From: Eledone cirrhosa
Taxonomy: Eukaryota
Assembly (NCBI GenBank): GCA_964016885.1
Contig: OZ024740.1
Coordinates: 62,682,001-62,746,000 of the forward strand
Direction: 5' to 3'
DNA length: 64,000 nucleotides
Shown here piece by piece: positions 1 through 13,200 of this stretch (its first letter is position 1; every line of letters starts with the position of its first letter). Made by a program: the position numbers and the translations under genes. The notes below the pieces were generated by a model. It did not search any database. It was given only the letters and a program-made list of their open reading frames with translations, and was not told the DNA's origin.

Positions 1-127
1 TAAGCTTTTGTTGCAGTCATCTTAGAAGCTGCGAGAAGTTGAAGGAACTGATTATAAGTATTTTCTTTTTCCTCGCCTAATTGTGAGATTTAGAATGTGA
101 AAGGTAGTGACCATATATATAACAGAA

Positions 128-600
128 AAGCTTTTAGCGTTGATTAACGGTTGAACGAACTTTGGTTGAAATTACATCCTTAGTAGATTTCTTCCTTCCA
201 AAGTTAGTGACGAAGCTGGCAGTGTCAACGCTTGTTAGCTAATACCAAGCGCTTAAAGTCAAGGCACATCCAATGAAGAAATAGAGTTCACATATATAAG
301 GATATTTTCTTTTTTTTCTTTTCTATCCTTTTTCTCGGAAATTGGAAGATAGAGACTATATATATTTATATACACACACATGACCATATACGCTATGCTT
401 TTTCAAGCTTCGACCGTTAACCAACGTTAAAAGTTCCAGGTAAAAAAAAAAAGATCATGTATTCACTGATGAGTCTTTGAGACTGAAACATTTACAATTA
501 GTTTTTATACGCATTGTCTGGGCTTCCAATAAAGTAAAATTATTAATTTAATTCAGTTCGTATTTCGGTTAAACCCTAGATATATGCTTAGAAGAAATAC
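128..600 (+). mobile_element. Old degenerate fold-back (Penelope-like) remnant
   Basis: Imperfect inverted repeat (~128-160 vs ~407-436), followed by a hammerhead-like core CTGATGA-gtct-ttg-agac-t-GAAAC at ~466-489 without a clear stem I. Confidence 0.3.
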
Positions 601-641
601 GAAATATATTAAAGTGAATTAAATTTTATTATATAAATAGG

Positions 642-859
642 CTGGGCGGTGGATTGGCAGTATCGGTAGAGGGCCGGACGCCATTATTTCCAGCATAGAG
701 TTACGGCCCTTTATGATCTGAGTTCAAATCCTGCCGAGGTTAACTCTGCCTTTCATCCTTACGGGGTCGATAAAATAAAGTACCAGTCGCGCACTGGGGT
801 CGATTTAATCGACTTTTCCCTCCCCCAAAATTGCTGACCTTGTGCCTATATAAGAAACC
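642..859 (+). mobile_element. tRNA-derived SINE, full length, with 14-bp TSD
   Basis: A-box TGGCAGTATCGG, B-box GTTCAAATCC, central GCCTTTCATCCTTACGGGGTCGATAAAATAAAGTACCAG, tail CTTGTG-N8-AGAAACC; TSD ATTATATAAATAGG at 628-641 and 860-873. Confidence 0.9.
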
Positions 860-1289
860 ATTATATAAATAGGGCATCTTGAGATGCTTTACATAATTTT
901 ATCCGTTTCTCTCTTTTACACAAAGAAAAACTATAAACCAATCAGTGAATTGATTTTATTTGACGGAAAGGGGAGCTATTGTGAAAAGGAAAATTAGATA
1001 GAAATCAACTGAGGTGATTGTTCTTCAAAACAAAATTATATTGGAGTTAGTAGATGAAGTCAGTAGAATATATTATAAGCTGGTAAGGAAACTAGAGACT
1101 ATATGTATATATAGACACGTAATTCCTGATGGATTCATATGAGGACCCTCGTGACATTGAGCAATATAAATCTGGCGGAGCTCATAACCACCCTAGGTCT
1201 GATCACAGCTGATTTCTTCCAGAGAAGGAAAGCTAGGGGTGGGGGTGGGGTGGTGGAGGGGGAAGTGAAAAAGAGATATAGATGAAGAA

Positions 1290-1425
1290 TCGACTCCAGT
1301 ACTAGACTGATACTTTTTTATCGATCTAAAGATGAAAAGAAAAGTTGACTTTGGTGGGTTTTGAACTCAGCGCATAATGTCGGAACAAATACTCCGAATC
1401 ATTCCATCCGACGACTCAATTCGCT
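1290..1425 (-). mobile_element. Degenerate copy of the same SINE superfamily
   Basis: Reverse complement of the central domain and B-box (tttatcgat...gatgaaa...aaagttgac...tttgaactcag). Confidence 0.6.
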
Positions 1426-2084
1426 ACCTTCAAATTAGAAAATATTTTAAAGGATAAACAACAGAAGCTTAAAGAATGACAAGAATACTTTTTATCTATC
1501 TCTTTTAAAATGTAGCTCTTAGTAGTGTGCGTTCATTTCTTGAATTAAAGATAAACGAATTTGATAATAATTCACAAGATAGAAAAGGTGACGAGTGTAT
1601 AACAAAAGGAAGGTATAATTCTCAAAGGTTTTCTCCCTTAAGACTGCAGCTGTAGTATTAGTTCTGTGGACTTTACTATATTTCAAGTATCAAGAGCTTC
1701 AGAAAACAATAGTTTCAAAAGAAAAGAAATACAATTACATCATAGAAGCAACCTAGCCATTTAAAAACACACCGAGAAACAGCGTCAGGAATCATGGTGC
1801 AAATAACGCGACACCAAGAAATAAAGGATGAATGTAAAATGAATTTAAACGTGTTTTTGAATGGAAGAAATGACTTTTCCACGAACTAATTGCTTTAGTT
1901 TTAATACACGGTATCAGATCAAATCACATTTCGAAAGCTACAGACACGTTTCAAAAGAGATGATTCTCTATATATTCCCATTGCTCTAATAATTTTCGAA
2001 ATAACTATTGTGATTTCCATTCAAGTCTATATCTAACCCTTTCATCTTTTATACGCAACATTCTTGGTGTTATTTCTCAAACAG

Positions 2085-2240
2085 GTGGAAAATCGACTGA
2101 GACTGAGCGTTTAATAGAATGCCTTGCAGTATTCGCCCCTGTTGCCTACGTTTCAATTTCAAATCCTACCGAGTCCAACTTTGCTTTTCATTAGTCTGGG
2201 GTCGATAAAAGTACCAGTCCATTACTTGGATCGATTCTTC
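2085..2240 (+). mobile_element. Degenerate SINE copy
   Basis: ttcaaatcctaccgagtccaactttgcttttcat...ggggtcgataaaagtaccagt. Confidence 0.6.
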
Positions 2241-2344
2241 TCTCCCTTTCTCTCGCCATCTATTCCATTCCTTGTCCTTCTCCCACACTCTAGAGAGTAA
2301 CTTTAATCCAAAAATCCAGGCCTGTTACACAATGATCGTGTCTG

Positions 2345-3640
2345 TTGAATATTAAGTCTGTCAATTGAGTAGAAAATCCCATTAACTGGCATCAAATTAC
2401 CATCTGATGAACAAGTGAGAGATCCAAGAGATGACGGTTACAAATATCTAGTTGTAGAAATTGAACAAATATCTCATAATCTAATGAAATATAAAGTAAC
2501 AAACCTCAACATAGGGCTAAAACTTCTTAATTCTAAACTGTATGCAAGAATCTTGACTCTTGCTGCAAACACTTGGGCTATCACTGGGGTGCTCACGTGG
2601 ACTAAAACTGAAGTTGATGAGAAGGACTGCAGAACAAGAAAAACCATGACTATTCATGAAATATTACATTGAATCGGCTATATGCGAAATCCACAACTAG
2701 AGAAAGAAGGCTGATAAGTGTTACGAATGTCTTGAGAATGAGAAATGGGCAATTAATAAAAATACTTTTACAGTAAACTCAGCAGTAATGGACCTAGAAA
2801 AGGAAAATATAGAAAGTAAAGAGGAATTTAAGATGCGAGAGTATGCGGAGAAAAGAGAAATAGTCCCTGGAAAGTCATTGCAAGTCTGATTTCAGCGACA
2901 AACTTCTGAATTAAATACTGAGATGTCTTGGAATTGGCTCTACTGCAGTGATCTAAAAAAGCAAACATAAGCACTATTGATATCAGTCCAAGATAATGTT
3001 TTGAGTATTAAGCTGGGAATAAAAGTTATATATCATCTTGGTGAAAGTTTGAAGTGCCGTGTGGAACTAATACAGAAAGTGTCACCCGCACTGTGAGTGA
3101 GCGTGTGTAAAATGTTAGCACAAAAAGAGTATAGAGAAGACGCAAAGTGTTATCTTCACTTGTCAATATACAAAAATACGGATATCAAATGTCCGATAAA
3201 TGGTAGTAGCTTGTTTCAGAAAGCGTGTTTGATGGCAGAGATGAGTCTAAGATAATTTGGATCTTTACTATCGAAATGGACAGCAGGCTTGAACACAATA
3301 AACCTGACACTGCAGTAGTGCACAGAAACAGGCGCGAATGTCACGTTATTGATGTTACCATCACAGGAGACCAAGACAAACGAAATAAATTCATGAAATA
3401 TAGTCACCAAGATCGAAATTGCAAGAATTCGATCAAAACCACCTAACAACAAGATCATTATATTTGTTTTAGGAGCTTTGAGCTCGATACCACAAAAATA
3501 CTACAAAAATTGGCAAATAGGCCTCGACACTTACATTGCTCCCCTACAAAAAAACTACGTTGCTCAGCGCTGCAAAAAAGTACTGTCGGTCTAAGGTTTT
3601 TATTGAGAATCATCAGGTAGTAGAAGATCCAGAAATTATT
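2345..3640 (+). mobile_element. Decayed R4/Dong-like (RLE) non-LTR retrotransposon, 3' part
   Basis: ORF pieces GYKYL..E, WTKTEVDEKDCRTRK, and KIIWIF..EHNKPDTAVV..ECHVIDVTI (PD-D RLE motif); many stops; ends near the (AAT)n tract. Confidence 0.75.
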
Positions 3641-3682
3641 ATATTTGCAGTGTAAATAACATCATCATCAACAACAACAACA

Positions 3683-3683
<1 letters not shown>

Positions 3684-3741
<58 letters not shown>
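3684..3741. repeat. (AAT)n microsatellite, tail/target of Tx1 copy 1
   Basis: Direct reading. Confidence 0.95.
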
Positions 3742-3742
<1 letters not shown>

Positions 3743-3991
3743 TTTTCTTTATTAACCACAAGGGTTTACATAAAGTAGACATTAAGGACAGTACAGGACA
3801 ATACAGGACGGTACAAATGGGCATTTCTGCGTGTAAAAACAAAAACAGAGGATGTAACAAAAAAATAACAATGAAAAATTCCCCAATAGGGGGGAGACTT
3901 CGGAGGGACATTTGTGGAGAAAGCCCAGTAAAAGGCCACAGTGACCCTGACCACCAAGGCAAGTGCCCTCTCCCAGTTTTCCACCTTTAAT

Positions 3992-6900
3992 TTACAGATA
4001 TATACTCAGAGTAGGCCCATTCACTCGGGCCATTCTTGCTTCTCTCACCCATCTTTCAACAAAATGCTGGGAAGAGAGCACTTCCCTCTCTACTCTGATT
4101 TTCCTTTTCAAATGAAATTTGAAAAAGTCAATCAGAGCATCACCGAAGAGGTAAGTGCTCGTCTTCAGCCCTTTCAAACGTGTCCACCATACTATCTCTT
4201 TCGCCATGGCTACCAGACAGATAAAAACTGCCTGGCCTTCCCGGCTAAAGGAGGGGGGCGGGGCAATCCTCACGATGGACTCAGGTGATAGCCGGATCCG
4301 TCCTAAACGCGACAGCAGGTGTTCGACATAAACCCACAAGTCAGCAATTTTAGGACACTGGACGAGTGCGTGCAGGACGGTTTCGTCGCCCTGCGCGCAT
4401 CTCGGACATGCCAGGCTGACGGCACCTCCATGCCTGTAGAGTTTATCCCGAACTGGCAAGGCTCCTCGGTAGCACTGCCAGGCCAGAGATTTCTGGAAGT
4501 TGTCCATAGGCCCTGGCCCGAAAGTTCTTCCGAAGAGATTGGCTAGTTGATTTTCGTCAACGCCTAGAGTTTCCCCAAGTACGTCGTCGCTCTTCCCCTC
4601 CACTAATCCTCTATAGAACGCCGAGGTGGAGTTTCCACCGATCATATTGCCCGATTGGTCGAGGGCTGTGAGCGCCTGAAGACATTCCAGTCTCCAGGCG
4701 CTCCCTCTCGGTCTTCGCTTGACCAAGGACTGCAGCTCCGCCAAGGAAACGAGCTGGGGAAATACGTGTCTAGCAAACGGCAACCACACCTGATCACCGT
4801 TGAGGAAGAGGTGGAGATGTCGTAGCCTGAGCGCGTGCCTGCGCATCATCAGCCACGGCATGCCCAGCCATCCACGTAGCGGGTGTTGACAACAGATGGA
4901 CCGCCTGAGCATCGGAGCGCGTCCCTTCCACAAAAAGCGAAAGAGCAAACGCTCCAGCGCAGTCAGGCGGGGCTTAGGACAAGGTACGACGGTCAGGCGG
5001 TAGCAGATGACAGACGCGATGTACGCGTTAGCCACCTCCGCTCGAGCTTTCAGGGATAGCTTCCTCTCCGCCCATTTCTGGGTGAGAGAAGCCACCCTGC
5101 TCGTCACCTCGTCCCAGTTTTTGTCCGTCTGGAGGTCCGGACCGAACCAGACCCCTAGCAATTTAACCGGTCCGTCCGTCCAGCGTCCGACGACGCTGTT
5201 GGTCGGCATGGACCTGCCTCTCCAGGTGCCGAGCTGCAGGCCCACTGACTTTTCCTGGTTGATCATTGCTCCTGTCACCGCTTCGTATTCTCTTAGTGTA
5301 GTGCCGATCGCCTCGATGTGTTTGGCGTTCGACACCACTACGGTGACATCGTCCGCATATGCTGACACGGATCTTCCGCATCCTAGTTCGCGCAGGACGC
5401 CCCTCAACGTCTCCAGTTTGTGCAGTAATGGCTCGAGAGTCAATACGTACAAGAGGGACGAGAGGGGACATCCTTGGCGGACCGAGCGCATGATGTTAAA
5501 CGGTTCCGACAGGTGACTGTTCACTCTCACCACAGAGCAGATGTCGCTGTGCATGGCAGCGATCCAGCCTCTGAAGACGGGCCCAAAGCCAGCCGCCCTC
5601 AGGACTGCCGCTAGGTAACGATGGTCGACCCTATCGAAAGCTTTCGACTGATCTAAATTGATCAAGGACCCACCCGTGCCAGGTTCCCTAGCTACCCTCT
5701 CTACGATGTATCGCATGAGGTGGAGGTTATCGTGGATGGATCTGTCGGGAATGGCGCATGTCTGCGCCTCTCCCACCAGACCACCAACGACAAACGCCAA
5801 CCTCTTTGCTAGCACCTTGGCCAAAATCTTGAACTCTGTGTTTAGCAGAGTTATGGGCCTGAAATTATCTATGTTATCCCCCTTGTTCGGATCCTTTCTC
5901 AGCAGTGCCACCGCTCCTCGGCTCACAGAACTGGGAATTCTCCCGTTCTGTTTCCAGTTGCTGTAGACGTCCGCCAAGAGGCCTCGGAACAAGTCTGCCA
6001 TCTGTACGTAATGTTCATAGGGCAGACCATCCAAACCAGGCGATTTACCCCTTGTGCAGCCAGTCATTGCCTCCCTTACTTCAGCGGCTGTTATCGGCTT
6101 TTCGCCTCAGTGGCCGAGAGCCGCGGCAGTCCGTCGAGGTAGACACTAAAGTCCATCCCTCGACCCGGCCCACCGCTGCCCCCGAACAGCTGAGCGAAGT
6201 GTCGCTGAAAAGCTTCACACATTTGCCCGGGATCGAGTAGCATGCGCCCGTCGTGGTCCACCAAAGACCGGATCGTGGCTTTGTTGCCACGACGCGCCTC
6301 CGCCACTCGGGCCCATTGAACGGCTTTCGTCCCCTCGTGTCTGAGAGCACGCACCCTTGCTCTGACAATGCAGCCTTCGTGCTTTGCATTGAAGAATTGG
6401 TCAAGGGCCAATTTCACCGCAAGCACGTCGGTCGCAATGCCTTTGCTAAGCGCCTCGTCTAATTTTCTAACTAATTCTCCCTCTGCTATATTTTACTCTA
6501 TTGCTAAAGCCTTACTAAACCTAATGGATTCTATTCTAATCGCTCTTTTCAGAGCAAACCACCACTTGTTGTTGACGATGGCCCCCGTCAACGCCCGCTT
6601 AACTAGTTCGCTAATCCGGTCTTTGTAGGCCTTGCGCGCTGGTAAGGATGCGTTTAGCTTCCAGTAGCCGGGTCCCCGTCTATGAAGCCTATCTAAGTCA
6701 AGCACACAGATCACGAATTTGTGGTCCGTGTAGCTGACTATCTTGAATTGTGGACAGCCTATGCTAGACCTATCTATTTCCCTACAAAATACTCTATCTA
6801 GATATGATCTGGATGACCCTATGCGATGTGTCCAAGTCCACATTGGCACATTCGGGAAATCCAATCGGTACCTGTCAGACAGTTCAAAACGCCTGAGCAG

Positions 6901-7401
6901 GTTGGTGAGGCTCTTGCACCCTCCACCCCTATCCGCTAATCCCACACAGTCCCAGCGTGCATCTAAGATCCCGTTCCAGTCGCCCACTAACACTAAAGAG
7001 CGGGACGTTCCAAGAAAGGTCTCCAGACGCCGGAAGAAATCAGGCCGCCCTGCTCCTGTCGGGGCATAGACGGCCACTAGCCTGAAAGCTTGCCCGTCTC
7101 CGCTGGTCACGTCCAGCACCACCAACTTACCCTCTGGGTCCAGGAAGATGGCCCGTATGGCGAGATACAAACCTCTCCGAAAAAGCACAGACACTCCTCC
7201 ACTCGATCCAGGACGGCTGGGAGATGCGTACACAACGTAGCCGCCGAAAATCGGTGTGAAGGCCCGTGCTTCGGAGATTCTGGTTTCGCTGATGGCCACT
7301 ACATCTATATTTAGTGACCTGAGGTTGTTGAGCAGGTGACCCTGCTTCCATGACGACCCCAAGCCACGCGCATTTATGCTGCCTATTCTGAGTGAGGTCA
7401 T
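3992..7401 (-). pseudogene. Tx1 copy 1 ORF2 (APE endonuclease-RT-zinc finger), two frame breaks
   Basis: Pieces 6493-7401 (SINARGL, GDWN, YTDH), 6091-6426 and 3992-6067 (KSPGLDG, DQSKAFDRV, RQGCPLS, YADD, CPRC..ETVLHALVQC). Confidence 0.9.
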
Positions 7402-7436
7402 GTTTAAAATAGAGTGGAAAAGATGGGAAAGACCAC

Positions 7437-9559
7437 TTACCGTACTTTTCGTAGAGGAGGGATGGTTTTTACATCCCTTTTCACTTGATCGTCTGGTGAA
7501 GGGACCGTTGAATCGTCCCTTCGGCTGGTCATCGGCTCTTCTATGAGTATGTCCGAATATACTCTTCGGTTGATAGTTCCTCCTAGGTCTCTGAAATCAC
7601 CAACCGCGTTGGGGAATTTCGTTTTAATGTTTGTGTATTGTTTCTGTGCTATTTTTAGCAGTCTTATGTTAGTTGGCGTTTTGATTGGTGCTGGTATTAT
7701 GTAGTCGTGTTGTGAAATGTCTGTGTGTTCAATTATGTAAGTCATTAGTTTCTTGTTGTGTGTATTTATTGCCGTGCATTTGTTTTTCTGGGGGTGGGGT
7801 GTGGTTCTGCTATTTTCTTGTCGTTTTTGCTGGGTGTGTGTGTTTTGTTGTTGTGTTTGCGATGTTGGTGCTTGTGGTGGTGGTGTTGAAGGTGTTGTTG
7901 TTGTTGGCGGTGGGGTTGTCGCCGGTGGTGATCGTGGTGCTAGTGTGGGTGGTGATGGTGTTGGTGGTGTTGCTGCTGTGAGTCTCTTTGCAGTAGACGT
8001 TACCCTTTTTTCATTTCTTTCCTTCCTTTTCAAAGGCGACGATGCGCTGCTTCTGCGTTTGTGCCTTCTTACGACCTTTTGCCATCCCTCTCCCACCTCA
8101 CACTCCATGTCTGATTCTGTGAGGTCGGGGAGGGGTACCAGCTCTACTCTTTCACTTGTTATTGTTGGTGATGTTTGCACTGGAGTCTCTGTTGCAGCTG
8201 CATTTGGTATTGCTGTTGTTGTTGTTGTTAATACTTCCACTGCTGCTGCTGTTTTTGATTTCCGTGGCATGGGTATGGGTGCCACGGACCTATCGTTCCT
8301 GGTTGCCACTTGTTCTGTTGCTGGTAGCCGTGGAGCCGGTTTCGGAAGGAGGGGGGTTTTCTCCTTTCTCAGGGTCTTCTCGTTGCAGAAGGCCCTGAGG
8401 TGAGTCTTCGATCCACAGCGAAAGCATTTCGGGCGTTTTCCCTCAACACTTATGGGCAGTTGGGTGCCGTTATCGAAGTCTATCACATCCGGGATAGCTT
8501 CGATGCACTCCTGGTTGGTTTGGATTAACATCTCAATGGAGGTGCCGACCCAATCTTCTCTTACTTTTTTCTGTACTTGCAGTACAGTTGTTTTGTCCTC
8601 GATTCCGACGAGGACAGACGCGGCCAGCCAAGAAGGGGCCATCCCGGGGGGGGGGGGGGGACGTTGTTCAGTTTGACCCTCACAATTTTTTGCCCGCAGT
8701 AGGAGGGCACCAACACCATTTCCTCGCTCCTTAGGGTCACTACGGATTGAGCCTTTGCCTCCTGGGGTGTGGCAAAAAGTACGTCTACGGTGGCATATTT
8801 CTTGCCTCGGGTGATGTGTGTTTTCCGCTGCCACACAGACCCCAAGGCTTTTTGTATTTGAGCCTCTGTGGCTCTTTCCACCCTACGGGATTTTGTACTT
8901 ACTGTACGGTACGTGACTGTACAGTGCTGTTGGGTTTCGAAAAATTTTTCCGCTGCCTTGCAGATTGCTCGGTGTCCAGTTTTTGTCACCATCTTCTTCG
9001 CTTCCTCTAATTCCTCATTTGTTATGAGGATTGTTTCCAGGTTCTTCGCGATACCTGCAAATGAGATTGGTTTTTCTTTGCTGCTGTTGTTGTTGTTGTC
9101 GTCAGAGCTGCTGTTACTTTTGTTGTTGCTGCAGGTACTACGACTACTGCTTCCGCCGCTGTTGCTGTGGTTGTTGTTGGTGTTGCTGCTGCTAATGCTG
9201 TTGTTGTTTATGCTGCTGCTGATGCTGTTGCGGCTGCTACTGTTGTTTTCATTGTCACTGTTGCTTTTGTTATTACGGCTGCTACTGCTATTATTCCTGA
9301 CGTCAGACGAATGAAATGGGTTTTCGTATTTCCCGCACACCTGTTTCGTCGTCGTTGTCGTCGTCGTCGTGGAGAGATCTTGGACGCTTTGCACGAGACT
9401 TTTCTTTTCTGTCGTCGCTTGCGAAAGAGAAGGGAGGGAGAGAGACACATTTAAAGAAGGGAGGGAGAGAGACAATCTTCTCTCTGCTGTAGTGACGATT
9501 GAGGAAGAAAAAGACGGAATGAGTGGGAGTGACCCATGAAAATTCTTTTTCGTAGCCAT
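7437..9559 (-). pseudogene. Tx1 copy 1 ORF1 (nucleic-acid-binding, CX2CX4HX4C), frameshifted at a G15 run
   Basis: ATG at 9559; ORFs 8561-9604 and 7437-8834 overlap at poly-G 8646-8660; KCFRCGSKTHLRAFC knuckle; homologous to ORF1 of copies 2 and 4. Confidence 0.8.
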
Positions 9560-9776
9560 GTTGTTTTTTTTTTGTTTAAAATAAATATTGGGCGCAAAAC
9601 CCAATAAGCAGTTATTTAACCCCGAAGGGCCAAATAACGGGCAGAAATACCCCTCTCACGAGGAGGAGGGTGTTTTTGTCTACAAGTTGGTAAAAGTTTT
9701 AAACAATTTACAATTGTTATAGCGTTCAAAATTTACAATACCTTACAGAGCCGAGCCTCCGTCAACCATAGCATTC

Positions 9777-9826
<50 letters not shown>

Positions 9827-9827
<1 letters not shown>

Positions 9828-10275
9828 CGACCAGGTGAAGGTGCGGTGGGATTTTAGGATACAGACGGACAAGAAACTGGAACACCATAGACCTGACCTG
9901 GTGGTTTTGGACAAGGAAAAAAGATCGTGCCTGATTGTGGATGTGGCCTGCCTATTCGACACGAGAGTGCAAGAGAAGGAGAGGGAGAAAATTAACCGAT
10001 ACCAGGACTTAAAATGGGAGGTAAAAAGGATTTGGAACTGCCATGAAATCAAAGATTGTCATAGGCGAACTAGGTACTATCTCAAAAAGTTTCCAGGAAT
10101 GGTTAAAGAAAATTGGCCCCACCCCACTTTTTGGAACACTTCAAAAGGCATGCTTGCTGGGAACAGCAAGAACCCTCCGATACGTCCTGAATATCTGAGG
10201 CTGCAGGTAGTGGCTTGATATTCATTTCAACAAACTTTCCAGTTAACTAACATCAATGACTGAGACTCAAAGAAC
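9827..10275 (+). mobile_element. 5'-truncated R4/Dong-like element (RLE domain plus 3'UTR) in (AAT)n
   Basis: KVRWDFRIQTDKKLEHHRPDLVVLDK..LIVDVAC..KINRYQDL = PD-(D/E)xK RLE; (AAT)n on both sides. Confidence 0.88.
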
Positions 10276-10296
10276 AATAATAATAATAATAATAAT

Positions 10297-13200
10297 GGTT
10301 TCTTTATTGGCCACAAGGGCTAACACAAAGAAAAACATTAGAGACGGCACAGAACAGTACACGACGATACAAAGTGGGTTTTGGTCGTGTAAACAGGTTA
10401 TAACAAAATCGGGCTAGAAATAAAAAAATTCAAACAACAAAAATTCCCCGAAAAGGGGGAAACCTCCGAGGGTCACTCGTGGCGAAAACCACACAAAAAA
10501 AGACCACGGCCACCCTGATCACCAGGGCAAGCGCCCTCTCCCAATTTTCCCTCTCCTCAGTCTACAGGCGCATACTCAGAGCGGGCCCGTTGACTCGGAC
10601 CAGACACATCACTTTCACCCACCTTTCAACAAACTTACTAGAAGACAGCACTTGCCTCTCCACCCTGATTTTCCTCTTCAAGTGAAACTTGAAAAAGTTA
10701 ATCAGAGATTGACCGAAGAGGAAAGTGTCCGTCTTCAACCCTTTCAATCTTGTCAACCACACAATCTCTTTCGCCATGGCCACCAGGCAGATGAAAACTA
10801 CCTGCCCTTCCTCCTCTTTAAAGGAGGATGGCGGGGCTATCTGCACAATGGACTCAGTCGATAACCAGATCCGTCCTACACACGACAGCAGCTGTTCGAC
10901 ATAGCTCCACAAGTCAGCAATCCTCGGGCACTGAACGCGTGCGTGCAGGACGGTTTCGTCGCCCTCCGCATCTCGGACAGGCTCGGCTGACAGCACGTCC
11001 GTGCCTGTAGAGCTTATCCCGAACCAGCAACGCTCCCCGGTAGCACTGCCAGGCCAGGGATTTCTGGAGGTTGTCCATAGGCCCCGGTCTGAAAGTTCTC
11101 TTGAAGAGAGGGAACAGCTGATCGTCTTCGACGCACAGGGTCTTCCCGAGAACGTCGTCGCTCTTTCCCTCCACAAGCTCTCTATAGAACGCCGAGGTGG
11201 ATGTTCCACCGATACTAGTACCCAGCTGGTAGAGGGCGCTGAGCGCTTGGAGGCATTCCAACTTCCAAGCGCTATCCCTCGGTCTTTTCCTGATCCAGGA
11301 CTGCAGCTCCGCCAAGGAGACGAGCTGGGGGAAAAGCGCGTCTGGCAAACGGCGACCACACCTGTTCAAAGTCAAGGAAGCACCAGAGATGTCGCAACCT
11401 CAGCGCATGTTTGTGCATCATCAGCCACGGCATGCCTAGTCCTCCATGAAACGGGTGTTGACAGCAAATGGATCGTTTGACCATGTGAGCACGTCCCTTC
11501 CACAAAAAGCGGAAGAGAAGGCGCTCCATTTTGGTCAGAGTTGGGCGGGGGAAAGGTACGACGGTCAGGCGATAGCAGATGACGGACGCTATGTACGCAT
11601 TCGCCACCTCCATCCGACCTTTCAGAGACAGCCTCCTCTCGGCCCATTTCTGGATGAGAGAGGCCACCCTGCTCGTCACGTCGCTCCAGTTTTTCTCCAT
11701 CTGGACGTCCAGACAGAACCAGACCCCGAACAATTTAACCGGTCCTTCCGTCCAGCGCCTCACGGCTCTGTTGGACGGCATGGACTGGCCTCTCCAGGTG
11801 CCGAGTTGTAAGCCCACCGACTTTTCCTGGTTTATCTTTTCTCCTGTCTCCGCTTCGTTTTCCTTGAGAGCGGTGCCGAACATCTGGACGTGTTTGGTGC
11901 TCGACACCACCACGGTGACGTTGTCGGCGTAAGCTGACACGGATTTCCCGCATCCCAGTTTGCGTGGGATCCGCCTCATCGTCTCCAATTTGTGCAGTAA
12001 CGGCTCGAGGGCCAGTACGTACAAGAGGGACGAGAGGGGGAAATCCAGGCGGACTGAGCGCATTATGCTGAAAGGCTGTGACAGGTGACCATTCACCCTC
12101 ACAATCGAGCAAATGTCGCTGTGCATCGCAGCGATCCAGCCCCTAAAAACGGGCCCGAAGCCTGCCGCCTCGAGGAACGCAGCCAGGTACCGATGGTCCA
12201 CCCTAGATTGATCCACGTTGATCAGGGCCCCACCCGTGCCAGGTTCCTTAACCACCCTCTCTATGATGTATCGCATGAGATGGAGGTTGTCGTGGATGGA
12301 TCTGTCCGGAATGGTACATGTCTGCGCCACTCCCACCAGAACACCGACGAAGAGTGCCAATTTCTTTGCTAACACCTTGGCCAAAATCTTAAACTCTGCG
12401 TTTAGCAGAGTTATGGGCCTGAAGTTGTCTATAACGTTCCCCTTGTTCGGGTCTTTTCTCAGCAGCGCCACCGCTCCCCGGCTCACACAACTGGGAATGC
12501 TCCCGTTCTGCTGCCAGTTGCAGTAGACATCTGCCAAGAGGTCGCCGAACAAGTCTGGTATATACGCATAAAGCTCGTAGGGCAGACCATCCAAACCTGG
12601 CGATTTACCTCTCGTGCAGTTTGACATCGCTTCCCGTATTTCACCTGTTGTTATCGGATTTTCGCAGCACTGCGCTGCTGTCGTCGAGAACCGTTGCTGT
12701 CGTCGAGAACCGCAGCAGTCCGTCGAGGTATGCACCGAAGTCCATACATCGATCCGGCCCGCCGCCGCTCCCGAACAATTGAGCAAATTGCTGTTGAAAA
12801 GCCGCACACATCTGCTCGGGTTCGAGCACCATGCGCCCGTTTTGATCAGGCAAAGACCGAATTGTGGATTTGTTGCCACGTCGTGCCTCCACCACCCGGG
12901 CCCATTGAACGGCTTTCGTCCCCTCGTGTCTCAGAGCACGCGCTCTAGCTCTGACAACGCATCCTTCATGCTTTGCGTTGAAGAATTGGTCGAGTGCCAA
13001 TCTCGCCGCAAGCACGTCGGTTGCGATGCCTGTCCTAAACGCCTCTTCTAGCTTTCTAACTAGCTCTCCCTCTACTCTATTTTCCTCAATCATTATTCCT
13101 TTGCTAAACCTTATCGATTCTACTCTAATAGCTCTTTTAAGGGTAAACCACCACCTGTTGTTGACGATCGCACCTGTCAACGCACGCTTAACTAATTCGC

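Larger units (their letters stand above)
3742..9776 (-). mobile_element. Tx1/L1-clade non-LTR retrotransposon, copy 1, apparently full length, (ATT)n on both sides
   Basis: ORF1 with CCHC knuckle, ORF2 APE+RT+ZnF, 3'UTR with AATAAA; flanked by (AAT)n at 3684-3741 and 9777-9826. Confidence 0.93.

Noticed and set aside
642-740. Functional tRNA gene
   Set aside because: A/B boxes are present but spaced by extra sequence and embedded in a dispersed SINE with a TSD
8646-8660. Programmed frameshift in Tx1 ORF1 at the G15 run
   Set aside because: Copy 2 has ordinary sequence (VPPDVP) at the homologous site; homopolymer slippage or sequencing error is more likely
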